Notes: generated by a model from the sequence alone, not told the origin. A stretch of 41,094 nucleotides of DNA from Chlamydiota bacterium (GCA_021772415.1 JAJFMA010000266.1:1-41094), one strand, 5' to 3'; positions 18,443-27,563 are shown, counted from the stretch's first letter. Program-made: numbers and translations.

Positions 18443-19161
18443 TGCCGCACAATCGCTTCTTCTCCGATAGTACACTTCATCAAGATCAGGAAATAATCCT
18501 ATCGCCTCCCGAATCCCGACATATGGTACAGGTCATGCGCCAAAACGTCGGAGACACCGTCGAAGTTGTCAACGGCCACGGACAACTCGCTCAGTGTCAC
18601 ATCGTCAAAACCCCCAAACAAGGCGCCGTACTAAAAATCATAGAACTCGCGTACGAGACTCCTCCGACGTTTCCAGTTATTTTAGCTCAAGCCCTACCGC
18701 GTCCTAACCGCCTAGACACAGTTGTGGAAAAAGGTACAGAACTCGGCATGACCGAGCTGTGGCTCTTCCCTGGAGATCGCAGCGAAAAAAAGCGCGTATC
18801 CGAAACACAAATTAAGCGGATTGAACACCTCATGATCTCCGCTGTCAAACAAAGCGGTAGGCTATACCTCCCCAAACTAAAGATCGCCGCACCCATCAAC
18901 GAGTGGAAACAGCAGCACATCGCTACATTCTTTGGCGAACCCAGCTACTCTGCAGCGAGCTTCCAGCAAATATGGTCCGAGAAGGAACCGGGAAGTGGAG
19001 CCATTTTCGTAGTAGGCCCTGAAGCGGGTTTTAGTGAGGGCGAAGTGTCCTGCTTGCGAGATATTGGAGCACAAGGTGTATGCCTACACCCCAACATCCT
19101 GAGGACTGACACTGCTCCGCTGGTAGCTCTAAGCCTCATCCAACACTGGCGCCTCGGATAG
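18442..19161 (+). CDS. rsmE: 16S rRNA (uracil1498-N3)-methyltransferase
   Basis: 239 aa with an HNRFF N-terminus, a PUA-like region and the C-terminal SPOUT block GPEAGFSEGE...LHPNILRTDTAPLVALS. It overlaps the upstream stop by 1 nt. Confidence 0.88.
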   Translation: MPHNRFFSDSTLHQDQEIILSPPESRHMVQVMRQNVGDTVEVVNGHGQLAQCHIVKTPKQGAVLKIIELAYETPPTFPVILAQALPRPNRLDTVVEKGTELGMTELWLFPGDRSEKKRVSETQIKRIEHLMISAVKQSGRLYLPKLKIAAPINEWKQQHIATFFGEPSYSAASFQQIWSEKEPGSGAIFVVGPEAGFSEGEVSCLRDIGAQGVCLHPNILRTDTAPLVALSLIQHWRLG

Positions 19162-19163
19162 AT

Positions 19164-19532
19164 TTAATTTACTGGAAACGCCGTGATGACCTTCTTGTTG
19201 CCGTCAGTAACGACACGCAGTGAGTAGGCGCGCTTGCCATTTGTTCCCCATCCTACCGGCCTGTTGAAGCGATACTGATGCACCTTCCTACCCTGACCGT
19301 GCTTAGAGTCTTTTATTGAACCTCTATTAATCGTCTTCGTGATGATCGCATCCAACTTCTGGTTCGTCATCGACTGATTGAACCGAGAGTTGGCTGTACC
19401 TGAAATGTTTAAATACCAGTGTCTTTGATGGATGTGCTGTAGCGCGCTAGTCGATATATAGGCCTCCAGCCCAGAGACCGAGACCGTTAAAAAGACACAT
19501 AAAAATAGTAATAGATTTCTAGATTTACTCAT
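19164..19532 (-). CDS. Small secreted hypothetical protein
   Basis: 122 aa with a signal peptide (MSKSRNLLLFLCVFLTVSVSGLEA). A very AT-rich region lies upstream. It converges on rsmE with a 2-bp gap. Confidence 0.65.
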   Translation of the reverse strand: MSKSRNLLLFLCVFLTVSVSGLEAYISTSALQHIHQRHWYLNISGTANSRFNQSMTNQKLDAIITKTINRGSIKDSKHGQGRKVHQYRFNRPVGWGTNGKRAYSLRVVTDGNKKVITAFPVN

Positions 19533-19674
19533 TATAGAACATGTTTTGTTTAGTTATTAAATAAAATACGTCGATAGTTTACAACATATTTATTTATATA
19601 ATATTAAGAGTTAACTAACCTCTCTTTAAGATTGTACATTTCACGGGTATACAATAAAAACATTGAGCCCTGTT

Positions 19675-19883
19675 GAGAGTGTATAGAAATCGTCGCGACC
19701 TTATGTTTAAGTCATAAGCCTTAAGCAACCAATGATATACACCGATAGCGCGAGTCCTCGAGTGCCATGGAGCGCACGCACTCCATGGCACTCGCTGTGC
19801 TCGCGCTATAGGGAATCTACGTAGTTAAACATTAGCGAATTAAGAAGTGTTTCGAGTTTGCTCCTGTATTTCCTTACACTCTC
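19675..19883 (+). repeat. MITE-like repeat, short member D (209 bp)
   Basis: The termini gagagtgtatagaaat (19675-19690) and atttccttacactctc (19868-19883) are inverted copies of the family terminus. The centre is a long interrupted hairpin at 19745-19809, with a 10-bp outer stem and a 13-bp inner stem. Confidence 0.8.
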
Positions 19884-19987
19884 GAAGGGGCGACAGACGG
19901 TGTTCATCGATTAGCCAGCGGACTATAAAGCCTGTTTAGATCTCTACCCTCATCAGATAGAGCCGGCTCGAGCTAATCCACGACTGA

Positions 19988-21136
19988 CTAGGAGACAGCA
20001 AGGGGTTTAAGATGACTTGTGGGGGCGTGGCATTCGCGCTTGGAATTTACTGGAATGGTGACTTCGAAACTAGATCCGCTAGCGGCTGATTTGATCAATT
20101 GAAGATCCCCACCTTGAAGGTGAACGAGTTCCTTAGCAATAGCAAGCCCATTTCCTAGGCCTCCATATTTTTGAGCAACATTGCGGCTTCCGTGTGTGTA
20201 TGCCGAAAATATTTTCGTTCGAGAGCGAGAAGGTATCCCAATTCCTGTATCTGTTACCTTTATGTTAATGCCAGCTTGATCCACTGACACAGCGGTGTAA
20301 ATGCGTCCTTGTTCCGTAAATTTTACCGCATTGTCTAGAAGGCAGGCGTACGCAGTCACAAGCTTATATTCATCGACATCAACAGCCGTGCCGTCTTCTG
20401 GAAAATCTGCAACGAAGGCAAGTCCCTTTTCAAGAGCTTTCACCCTATATCGCTCCACTACACCAGCGAGAGATTCATTTAACGACACATGACTTAATGT
20501 GATACCCTTGCGTTCATCGTCAATAATTGACCGCGCGATCATGCGATCCATCACCTGTTTCTGCTTTTTCGTACAGCCATAGATATACTGTACGATATCC
20601 AGAAGATGCTGAGGGGATCCGTAGAGCTGCTTATTCTCAAAGAAATTGTCACAGTACTCAAATAGAGTTTCTAAGGGGCGTTTTAAATCCCGGGACATCT
20701 CCAAAAGAAACTTCTCTTTCGCCTGATTTGCCAAATGCAGTTGCTGTATCAATGCATGTCGTTCCATCGCGTGCAATAGCGCTCTTTCCAAAGCCTCGGG
20801 CCTAAGCCCTCCCTTATCTAAATAGTCAGCAATTCCTAGCTGCAACATTTCCTGATCGAGCTTTGGATCAGCATAGCCGGTGATGATCACTATAGGGGTT
20901 TCATTATGTTCCGCATCACAAAGCTGAACAAATTCTTGGGCGTCCATATCTGGAAGGTTTTGATCTAGGATCACGCACGAGAACTCGCGTTCTTGTAATA
21001 GGCCAATGCCTTCATGCCCTGTCACAGCTGTGTGGAGGTTAAATGTATTTAACGTACTCCTATTTAGGTAGCTCTTATAGACCGCCGCGTCTGCAGGCGA
21101 ATCTTCGACGACAAGAACTTCATAGATATTATGCAC
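19988..21136 (-). CDS. Hybrid receiver (REC) + histidine-kinase-like protein with a degenerate H-box
   Basis: 382 aa with a GTG start after AGGGGGG. The REC domain has the acidic pocket (VVEDSP), VILDQNLPDMD, IITG and YLDKG. The DHp-like segment reads EMSRDLKRPL (Arg149 where His is expected). The N box (LLDNAVKFT), G1 (VTDTGIGI) and G2 (GGLGNGLAIAKE) are intact. Confidence 0.85.
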   Translation of the reverse strand: MHNIYEVLVVEDSPADAAVYKSYLNRSTLNTFNLHTAVTGHEGIGLLQEREFSCVILDQNLPDMDAQEFVQLCDAEHNETPIVIITGYADPKLDQEMLQLGIADYLDKGGLRPEALERALLHAMERHALIQQLHLANQAKEKFLLEMSRDLKRPLETLFEYCDNFFENKQLYGSPQHLLDIVQYIYGCTKKQKQVMDRMIARSIIDDERKGITLSHVSLNESLAGVVERYRVKALEKGLAFVADFPEDGTAVDVDEYKLVTAYACLLDNAVKFTEQGRIYTAVSVDQAGINIKVTDTGIGIPSRSRTKIFSAYTHGSRNVAQKYGGLGNGLAIAKELVHLQGGDLQLIKSAASGSSFEVTIPVNSKRECHAPTSHLKPLAVS

Positions 21137-21336
21137 TTTGCCCCCCTAGTTCTTTTAGACACGCTTAAATGAACCTGTTGCATTTCAACCAAGCGACACG
21201 TGTTAGCTCCTCATGGATAGAGTACACGAACAGGTAGTCTATCAATCAGATCCTTAGCACTCTGCTAAGACTGCCGCACTAATTCGACATTTCGCTCAAT
21301 ATTCAATGGGTCGTGAAAACCTTCTACAACAGGATC

Positions 21337-21789
21337 TCAGTTCGGACTACCGTGTCGAGGAAGTACTGAAAGCGATAACCAGTACTGTGTAAACGAATCA
21401 ACAAAGTGCTGATACGTTGAGAGCTTCATTGGCTTTTGCATATATGAGTTTGCATGGTTTCTATAGGCATCAAATACATCCGCGTCATGGCTAGAGTTCG
21501 TCAGCATCACCACGGGTATCAGCCGTGCACCGTCTTCCGATTTTATTCGATGCAATAGCTCAAGTCCGCTCATTTTTGGCAGGCCAATGTCCAACAAAAT
21601 GATATCGGGTGTTTCCGCGTCTTCGTAGCCATTCCGCTTCAAGATATAGTCCAGAGCATCAAGGCCGTCTCTACAGATAATTGTGTTGAAATCGATTTCA
21701 CAGCGCGAAAGACAGTACTTAGTAATATCGGCATCTGCCTCGCAATCCTCCACAAGCAGAACTGTGGCCTTCCTAACATCTCCATTCAT
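21337..21789 (-). CDS. Single-domain response regulator (Rcp1/CheY-like)
   Basis: It carries VLLVEDCEADAD, IILLDIGLPKMSG, VVMLTNS and YMQKP. ATG 21789 lies 6 nt after AGGAG, whereas the ORF-track start at 21795 abuts the RBS. Confidence 0.9.
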   Translation of the reverse strand: MNGDVRKATVLLVEDCEADADITKYCLSRCEIDFNTIICRDGLDALDYILKRNGYEDAETPDIILLDIGLPKMSGLELLHRIKSEDGARLIPVVMLTNSSHDADVFDAYRNHANSYMQKPMKLSTYQHFVDSFTQYWLSLSVLPRHGSPN

Positions 21790-21854
21790 GTTCATCTCCT
21801 AGGTAAGCGATAGTATTAAGCATCGATCGTAGAAACCGATGAGCCAAACGACAT

Positions 21855-23009
21855 TCAATCCTTCTTCAGAGTGAAATGCATTGTTGTACCTTCGTTGGGC
21901 TTGGAATCCGCCCATATCTTTCCGCCATGGTGTTCGATAATTTTTTTACATATTGCAAGTCCAATACCGGATCCAGGCCTGCTTAGAATCGACTTTGATC
22001 GATAAAATATCTGAAAAATCCGCTGTGCGTCTTCGGTGGTAAAACCGACTCCGTTGTCCGATATCACAAAGATCCATCTATCCCCATCGGATCGGGCGCT
22101 GATCTTCACAGTTTGAAGGGAGTCGCTCCTACGGTATTTGATAGAATTTCCCAGCAAGTTTATCAAGACTTGCTTCATCATTCCTCTATCTACAGAAACT
22201 GTTGGGAGTTTGCCTAGTTTAAATTCGAATGGAACGCCATCGAACTCGCCAGCAAGGCAGTGTTTAACCTCTGCTATCAGCTGGTTCATATCCACAGGTT
22301 CCGTTTGCAGCTCCTTTCTTCCCACTCTGGACAGTTCCAACAAGTCACTAATGAGCTGCCTCATAGAATCCGCAGCATCGAAGACAAATTTCATTGAAAC
22401 CAGATCGTCGTCCGACAATTTATCTGAAATGGAGTCTCTAAGAATTTCAAGATGAGACGATATATGCCTGATGGGCGCTTGTAGGTCGTGGCTGGCTACG
22501 TAAACAAACTGCTCAAGTTCATTATTGGAAAGCTCAAGCTCAGATTTTTGCTCCAAAATTCTCTTTTCGATTTGCTTAAACGCTGTGACATCTGTGTGAG
22601 AGCCAATCATACGAATAGGCTGACCATCCTCATTCCACTCAATAACCTTACCTCGACACAGCACTGTAACCGTAGATCCATCTTGATGACGATACCGCAC
22701 CTCTTGTGCGTACGGATGCTTGCCGTGGCTTTGAACATGCTTCTGAAAGGTCTTCATAGCAACAGCCTCATCCTCGGGAAAGATGAGTGATTTCCATTCA
22801 CTTGCGTGGTGCTTCTTGGTTTTTGGGTCGACGCCAAAAATTTCCCAGAATCGGGAGGACATGTACTCGTAATTGTCTTGAAGATGCCAGTCCCAGTATC
22901 CGTCGTAGCTGGCATTTACAAACTCTTCTCGGATTGTTTCGCTCTCCCTTAATTTTTGTTTCAAATCCGCGATTTCAGATAAGAGGTCTCTCTCGTCCTT
23001 TACCTTCAT
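21855..23009 (-). CDS. PAS-domain sensor histidine kinase
   Basis: 384 aa with an N-terminal coiled coil and a PAS-like region (YDGYWDWHLQDNYEYMSSRFWEIFG). The H-box is ASHDLQAPIRHI. The N box is LLGNSIKY, G1 is ISDNGVGF and G2 is GSGIGLAICKKI. Confidence 0.9.
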   Translation of the reverse strand: MKVKDERDLLSEIADLKQKLRESETIREEFVNASYDGYWDWHLQDNYEYMSSRFWEIFGVDPKTKKHHASEWKSLIFPEDEAVAMKTFQKHVQSHGKHPYAQEVRYRHQDGSTVTVLCRGKVIEWNEDGQPIRMIGSHTDVTAFKQIEKRILEQKSELELSNNELEQFVYVASHDLQAPIRHISSHLEILRDSISDKLSDDDLVSMKFVFDAADSMRQLISDLLELSRVGRKELQTEPVDMNQLIAEVKHCLAGEFDGVPFEFKLGKLPTVSVDRGMMKQVLINLLGNSIKYRRSDSLQTVKISARSDGDRWIFVISDNGVGFTTEDAQRIFQIFYRSKSILSRPGSGIGLAICKKIIEHHGGKIWADSKPNEGTTMHFTLKKD

Positions 23010-23185
23010 GGTCCCCCCAGATGTACAAACTCGCGCCGCTCACAATGAGCTATGGCAACGCAAGTCAAGCCCTCCTTTCCTATAGCATTTATTTTGAAAA
23101 AATTCCGAACGCTTTTTCGCACATGGATATACTTACGGCGTATTGATCTAACCCAGTATTAGTTACGGTAAGCACACGAGCGCTT

Positions 23186-24949
23186 TTAGAGCACGACGCC
23201 CTTATAGACGAGTCCCTTCTCGGGGTCTACGGTGACGAGTTGTCCTTCGCTAAGGATAGAAATAGCGCCTTCAGCTCGTACAACGACAGATTTATCGTAC
23301 TTCTTCGCCATCTCCAGAAGGTAGCCTTCGGACTTGGCGTCATCAACGTGGTTATGTAGAACAATTGCGGCAGCGTCACGCAAAAGCGGAAGATATGTCG
23401 GGTCACACTTGGTAACTACAAGTATTTGATTTCGTACCATAAACGGTTCGCTGGAATCAGCAGACAGCACCACAGTGACATTACCGTGGACCCGTACTCC
23501 TACTCCTGCGAGTCCTCTCACAAGAACATCTCCGATGTTCTCGACAATCATGGTATTGGTAGTACCACTCACACCGAAAGGTGAACCTGCCGTTACAATG
23601 ACTAGGTCACCGTAGCTGACATAGTGATGATCTAAAGCATAGCGGCTGATACTGCGGTATGCCTCGTCAAAATCATTCGATGTCGCGCAGTGAACAGGAA
23701 TCACACCCCAGTTGAACGCGAGCTGGTTGTAAGACTTCTCATTGGGTGTCATCGCAATAATAGGCATTTCAGGACGTAAGCGTGAAAGTAGACGTGCTGT
23801 GCTACCGCTACGAGTAAAGGCAAAAATCACCTTAGCATGGGCGCTATAAGCCGTTTTAACTGTCGCGAGCGTTACCGATGATGGGACATCGTGGTAGATT
23901 TTATTCGAGTGGTATTCCAGAAACTGTTGATAGGGGAAGTCTGCTTCTGCCTCGCGAATAATGCTGCGCATAACTCTAACGGTTTCTATGGGGTGCTTAC
24001 CTATAGCGGTTTCACCAGATAGCATCACAGCGGATGTGCTATCAAAGATGGCATTCGCTACATCAGATACCTCAGCACGTGTTGGGCGCGGGTGCTGGAT
24101 CATAGATTCAAGCATTTGCGTTGCAGTAACAGAGGGCTTACCAGCAAGGTAGCATTTGCGAATCATCATCTTTTGCAAACGCGGAACCTGACTGATGGGC
24201 ACTTCGACGCCAAGGTCTCCTCGAGCGATCATAATGCCGTCGGCAACCTGAACAATATTATCTAGGTTTTGCACCCCTTCGGCATTTTCAATCTTGGCTA
24301 TCACCAGGATGTTGGTACGTCCCTGTTCGTCGACAAGCTTCTTAATCGCGACAACGTCATCGGCGGTGCGTACGAAAGATGCCGCAATGATATCCACATC
24401 CTGCTCACAACCGAAGACAATATCAGCGCGGTCCTGATCCGTCATGGCAGGAAGGTTTAACTTCTCGTTGGGGATATTGACACCCTTCCCAGCTTTGAGA
24501 ACACCGTCGTTGTGAATTTCTACCAGGACCCCACGGTCGTCTTTAGTCACGACGTGTGAACTGATATAGCCGTCATCAAAGAGTATGCGTGTCCCCTTGC
24601 CAAGGCCGTCCAATACATCCGGAGGGGTGATTGAAATTCCCTCCGCGTCACCTAAAACATTCTCTTTGAGAACCCACAGTTTCTGACCGGCAGTGAGAGT
24701 GATAGGGCCATCCTTGAGCTGACGCAAGCGCACCTCAGGCCCGCGGGTATCTAGCATGATAGCTAGAGGCTTACCCAGCTTTTTTCTCGCCGACTTAAGG
24801 CGTGCTATCGTTTCTCCGTGCGTACTGTGGCTGCCGTGGCTAAAATTTAGACGGGCAACATTCATGCCTGCCTGGAGGAGCTCCAGCATCATCTCCTCGG
24901 ATTCTACCGCTGGTCCTATGGTGCAGACAATTTTGGTACGGGTTAGCAT
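23186..24949 (-). CDS. pyk: Pyruvate kinase with a C-terminal PEP-utilizer-like extension
   Basis: 587 aa carrying TKIVCTIGPA, NFSHG, MLDTRGPEVR, IAKIENAEGV, MIARGDLGVEV and ATQMLESM. An extra ~100-aa C-terminal domain resembles the extension of Bacillus/Geobacillus pyruvate kinases. Confidence 0.95.
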   Translation of the reverse strand: MLTRTKIVCTIGPAVESEEMMLELLQAGMNVARLNFSHGSHSTHGETIARLKSARKKLGKPLAIMLDTRGPEVRLRQLKDGPITLTAGQKLWVLKENVLGDAEGISITPPDVLDGLGKGTRILFDDGYISSHVVTKDDRGVLVEIHNDGVLKAGKGVNIPNEKLNLPAMTDQDRADIVFGCEQDVDIIAASFVRTADDVVAIKKLVDEQGRTNILVIAKIENAEGVQNLDNIVQVADGIMIARGDLGVEVPISQVPRLQKMMIRKCYLAGKPSVTATQMLESMIQHPRPTRAEVSDVANAIFDSTSAVMLSGETAIGKHPIETVRVMRSIIREAEADFPYQQFLEYHSNKIYHDVPSSVTLATVKTAYSAHAKVIFAFTRSGSTARLLSRLRPEMPIIAMTPNEKSYNQLAFNWGVIPVHCATSNDFDEAYRSISRYALDHHYVSYGDLVIVTAGSPFGVSGTTNTMIVENIGDVLVRGLAGVGVRVHGNVTVVLSADSSEPFMVRNQILVVTKCDPTYLPLLRDAAAIVLHNHVDDAKSEGYLLEMAKKYDKSVVVRAEGAISILSEGQLVTVDPEKGLVYKGVVL

Positions 24950-25124
24950 GAAACTTCCCTAGATAGCTCGATTATTTCACCATAACGTTTAAAAGGATAA
25001 GATACCAGCCGATCCTCTCCAAGCAACTGAGATTCAATAACCCATTAATTTACCCCAATAGCGTAATAAGACAAAATCACGTATAGTCCGCTATTTACAA
25101 TAACTTTTAACAAGGCAGTGTCCG

Positions 25125-25712
25125 ATGTCCTTCGTTGGGTTCACGCAAAGACTGATTTCACTATGCGTTGCAGTTCTGGTACTAGCATCCGCTCCCCTTA
25201 GCGCGGAAGTGGTGTGGGTTAAAGTTTCTTGGGATCCGACGTCATGCCCAGGCTCTTGCTATCCCGTACTTGAACGACGCCTCAATGCCATCAAAGGCGT
25301 TGCGGATGCGCACTACAACTTCGTCGAAGGCGAGGCCACATTGAGATGGAAACCCGGATACCAGTACGAAGACCGTCTAATCAAAACTGCCGTTGCTTGG
25401 GTTGGTATAGCAATCGAAGACATCGCTATCAAGATCCGTGGTAGCATCTTCCACGGTGAGAAGCAAGTTTACGTGGCGTCGCTAGGTGATGAGACCAAAC
25501 TTCCTCTTATCAGTGCTCCAAAACCGGAACAGGGGCGCTACGTTATCCGTAAAGGTGAGGGAGCCCACAAGCTGGACAGCAAAGAACGTGAGCGCCTACT
25601 TCAGGCCGAAGAGAATTTCGAGCTCATTACAATCGAAGGCAGGATTTTTCAACCCTACCGCCCTCCAGTTCGATTGATGATCGACCGCGTTAGCTATCCG
25701 ACGCCGTTGTAG
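25125..25712 (+). CDS. Secreted hypothetical protein, possibly with an HMA-like fold
   Basis: 195 aa with a signal peptide (..LASAPLSAEV). The segment CPGSCYPVLERRLNAIKGVADAHYNFVEGEATLRW loosely resembles a heavy-metal-associated domain, but with CxxxC. Confidence 0.6.
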   Translation: MSFVGFTQRLISLCVAVLVLASAPLSAEVVWVKVSWDPTSCPGSCYPVLERRLNAIKGVADAHYNFVEGEATLRWKPGYQYEDRLIKTAVAWVGIAIEDIAIKIRGSIFHGEKQVYVASLGDETKLPLISAPKPEQGRYVIRKGEGAHKLDSKERERLLQAEENFELITIEGRIFQPYRPPVRLMIDRVSYPTPL

Positions 25713-25770
25713 ACTGACTACAGCATCTCGCTGTAAAGCTTAGCCCACAAGTAGTTAAGGAGATATCTTT

Positions 25771-27375
25771 GTGAATACTCTGGAAGGTACAGAAACAGAC
25801 GTATCCAAGAACGTAGCGGGAAGTTCCAGTGAACACGCACTTGTGGCTCCAAAGCCTCCCGTCCTCAACTGGACGGAGCTACTTTCCCTCGGTAAACTAC
25901 AAGCACCTAAAGCCACACCTGAAAAGGCTCAAGAGCTCCTGGAAAATGTTTGTGTTGGTGTACTTAGCAGTGATTACGATCCCCGTATCAAGCACCTGTT
26001 TAAACTGTTTTTAGATGGTTCCGATGGTGAGCTGGCCAACTACATCGAGCACTTGATAGGTCATAATCCACAGTTGGTTGAGCAGCTAACCACTGAAGTG
26101 CTGGCCCCCAACAAGACCATCGTACCGGTTACTCTTCTTCTAGCCACCGTCCTTAAGGGAAGCGCTCCAGCGTTCAAAGCTCTTTGGCGTCTAGGTACGA
26201 GACCACAAAACGACAAGTTGAAGTACAGCGAACTTCATTGGGCAGCGATGCTATTGCGCACTGATATACTTAAATTCGTCAGTACAGAAGCCAAGCGAAA
26301 GCCTTGGCTAGATAAATACCGAAACACTTACGGGGCTACACCTAAGAGCATTCTCACGTACATGATCGAACCCTCTACTATTAGTATCAGCTTGGACGGT
26401 GAGGCTCCATGCACCACGCAAGAGGAGTTTAAAAGCAAGTGGGCCAAAGAGTTTCTTCCCACCGGGCGCTGGGATTTTGATGCGCTCTATCATCTGCGTA
26501 TGGAAGGGGACCCAAGACTTGCGGACCTCAATATGGACCCAATTGGGAAGCACCTTTCTAAGCAATGCCTCGCCCAACTCCCTTACTCCCCGACTCCACC
26601 TGTTCATGTTGTAGATCTAACCCACAACGACAAAATGAAGCCCGTCCCCGATGAAATAGTGGGTCAGAAGCAAGCTATTGCATCCCGTGGCATAGAAGCC
26701 GGAGAGTTGATTTGCCTATATGGAGGAGAAATTCGCAAACTCATCCCTGGATCCAAAACATACGTAGAAGACATGACCCTAGCTAACGCCTACATACATT
26801 CGGTAGTATGCTGCAGCCACGACAAAAGCAATGCAGCACCCTACATGAATGATGGCCGACCAAACGTGGCACTACGGCCCATTCTAGTGCAAGGCATTCC
26901 ACAAAGAGCCGTATATGCGTTAGAGAACATCACAGCCGGAACCCCCCTAAGACAGCTCTATACCGGAAACTGGTTCCTATTAAATGAGATCGAGCATGTG
27001 GAGCTCCACCCAAAGGCTCTAGAAGTATTTATTAAGGAGACAAACGGACTCAAATTCATGTCTCCGATGATATTCGATGGCAAGACGGCTGTGAGTTTCG
27101 AATTGAAATCGGGAAAATGCGATTACACAGGTGCCAAAATCACCGGACCAGAGAACATCCTCAACTGCCATCTCGCAACGAAGCGTAACCAACTCGGGCT
27201 TGGCTACATCTTCGCTAACAACAACTGGAAATACGTGATCGATAATAAGCTCGCTACACCATCGATGCTCCTCGGATGGCTCGAAGTCATCACTTTGTAT
27301 AAAATACCTAACCTCTTCCACCTGAGTCCAGAGCGCGTACTACTACTCAAAAGTGAACTCACGAAGCTTCTGTAG
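25771..27375 (+). CDS. SET-domain protein with an N-terminal ankyrin-like region (putative protein lysine methyltransferase)
   Basis: 534 aa with a GTG start 8 nt after AAGGAG. It has the SET-like blocks GELICLYGGEI, APYMNDGRPNV (NHSxxPN-like) and GTPLRQLY. The ankyrin-like segment is SELHWAAMLLRTDILKFV. Confidence 0.75.
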   Translation: MNTLEGTETDVSKNVAGSSSEHALVAPKPPVLNWTELLSLGKLQAPKATPEKAQELLENVCVGVLSSDYDPRIKHLFKLFLDGSDGELANYIEHLIGHNPQLVEQLTTEVLAPNKTIVPVTLLLATVLKGSAPAFKALWRLGTRPQNDKLKYSELHWAAMLLRTDILKFVSTEAKRKPWLDKYRNTYGATPKSILTYMIEPSTISISLDGEAPCTTQEEFKSKWAKEFLPTGRWDFDALYHLRMEGDPRLADLNMDPIGKHLSKQCLAQLPYSPTPPVHVVDLTHNDKMKPVPDEIVGQKQAIASRGIEAGELICLYGGEIRKLIPGSKTYVEDMTLANAYIHSVVCCSHDKSNAAPYMNDGRPNVALRPILVQGIPQRAVYALENITAGTPLRQLYTGNWFLLNEIEHVELHPKALEVFIKETNGLKFMSPMIFDGKTAVSFELKSGKCDYTGAKITGPENILNCHLATKRNQLGLGYIFANNNWKYVIDNKLATPSMLLGWLEVITLYKIPNLFHLSPERVLLLKSELTKLL

Positions 27376-27433
27376 CACCACCACTAAGTCGTCTTACAGT
27401 GACTTGAAGCACAAGCCGGTCAGCCCGTCTTTT

Positions 27434-27530
27434 GAGAGTATCAAGAAACCTCGAAATCGCTCCAAAACATGTACGTTTTCATGAGGCCCGTTTTAGCCGT
27501 ACTAAAACTCTCCCTTCAACCCTCTAGACA
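27434..27530 (+). repeat. Partial member E of the repeat family
   Basis: gagagtatcaagaaac (27434-27449) is a variant terminus. The following ctcgaaatcg...ttttcatgaggccc...ctaaaactct parallels the left part of element C (34716-34780) and the flank of copy A (5289-5330). Confidence 0.6.
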
Positions 27531-27563
27531 TCCCTGTAAGGGCGAAAATAAAAAATATTTTTC

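Noticed and set aside
19786-19801. TGGCAC-N5-GTGC (GG-N10-GC spacing) resembling a sigma-54 -24/-12 promoter.
   Set aside because: It forms one arm of the element D hairpin. No plus-strand gene lies downstream, and the -12 element is GTGC rather than TTGC.
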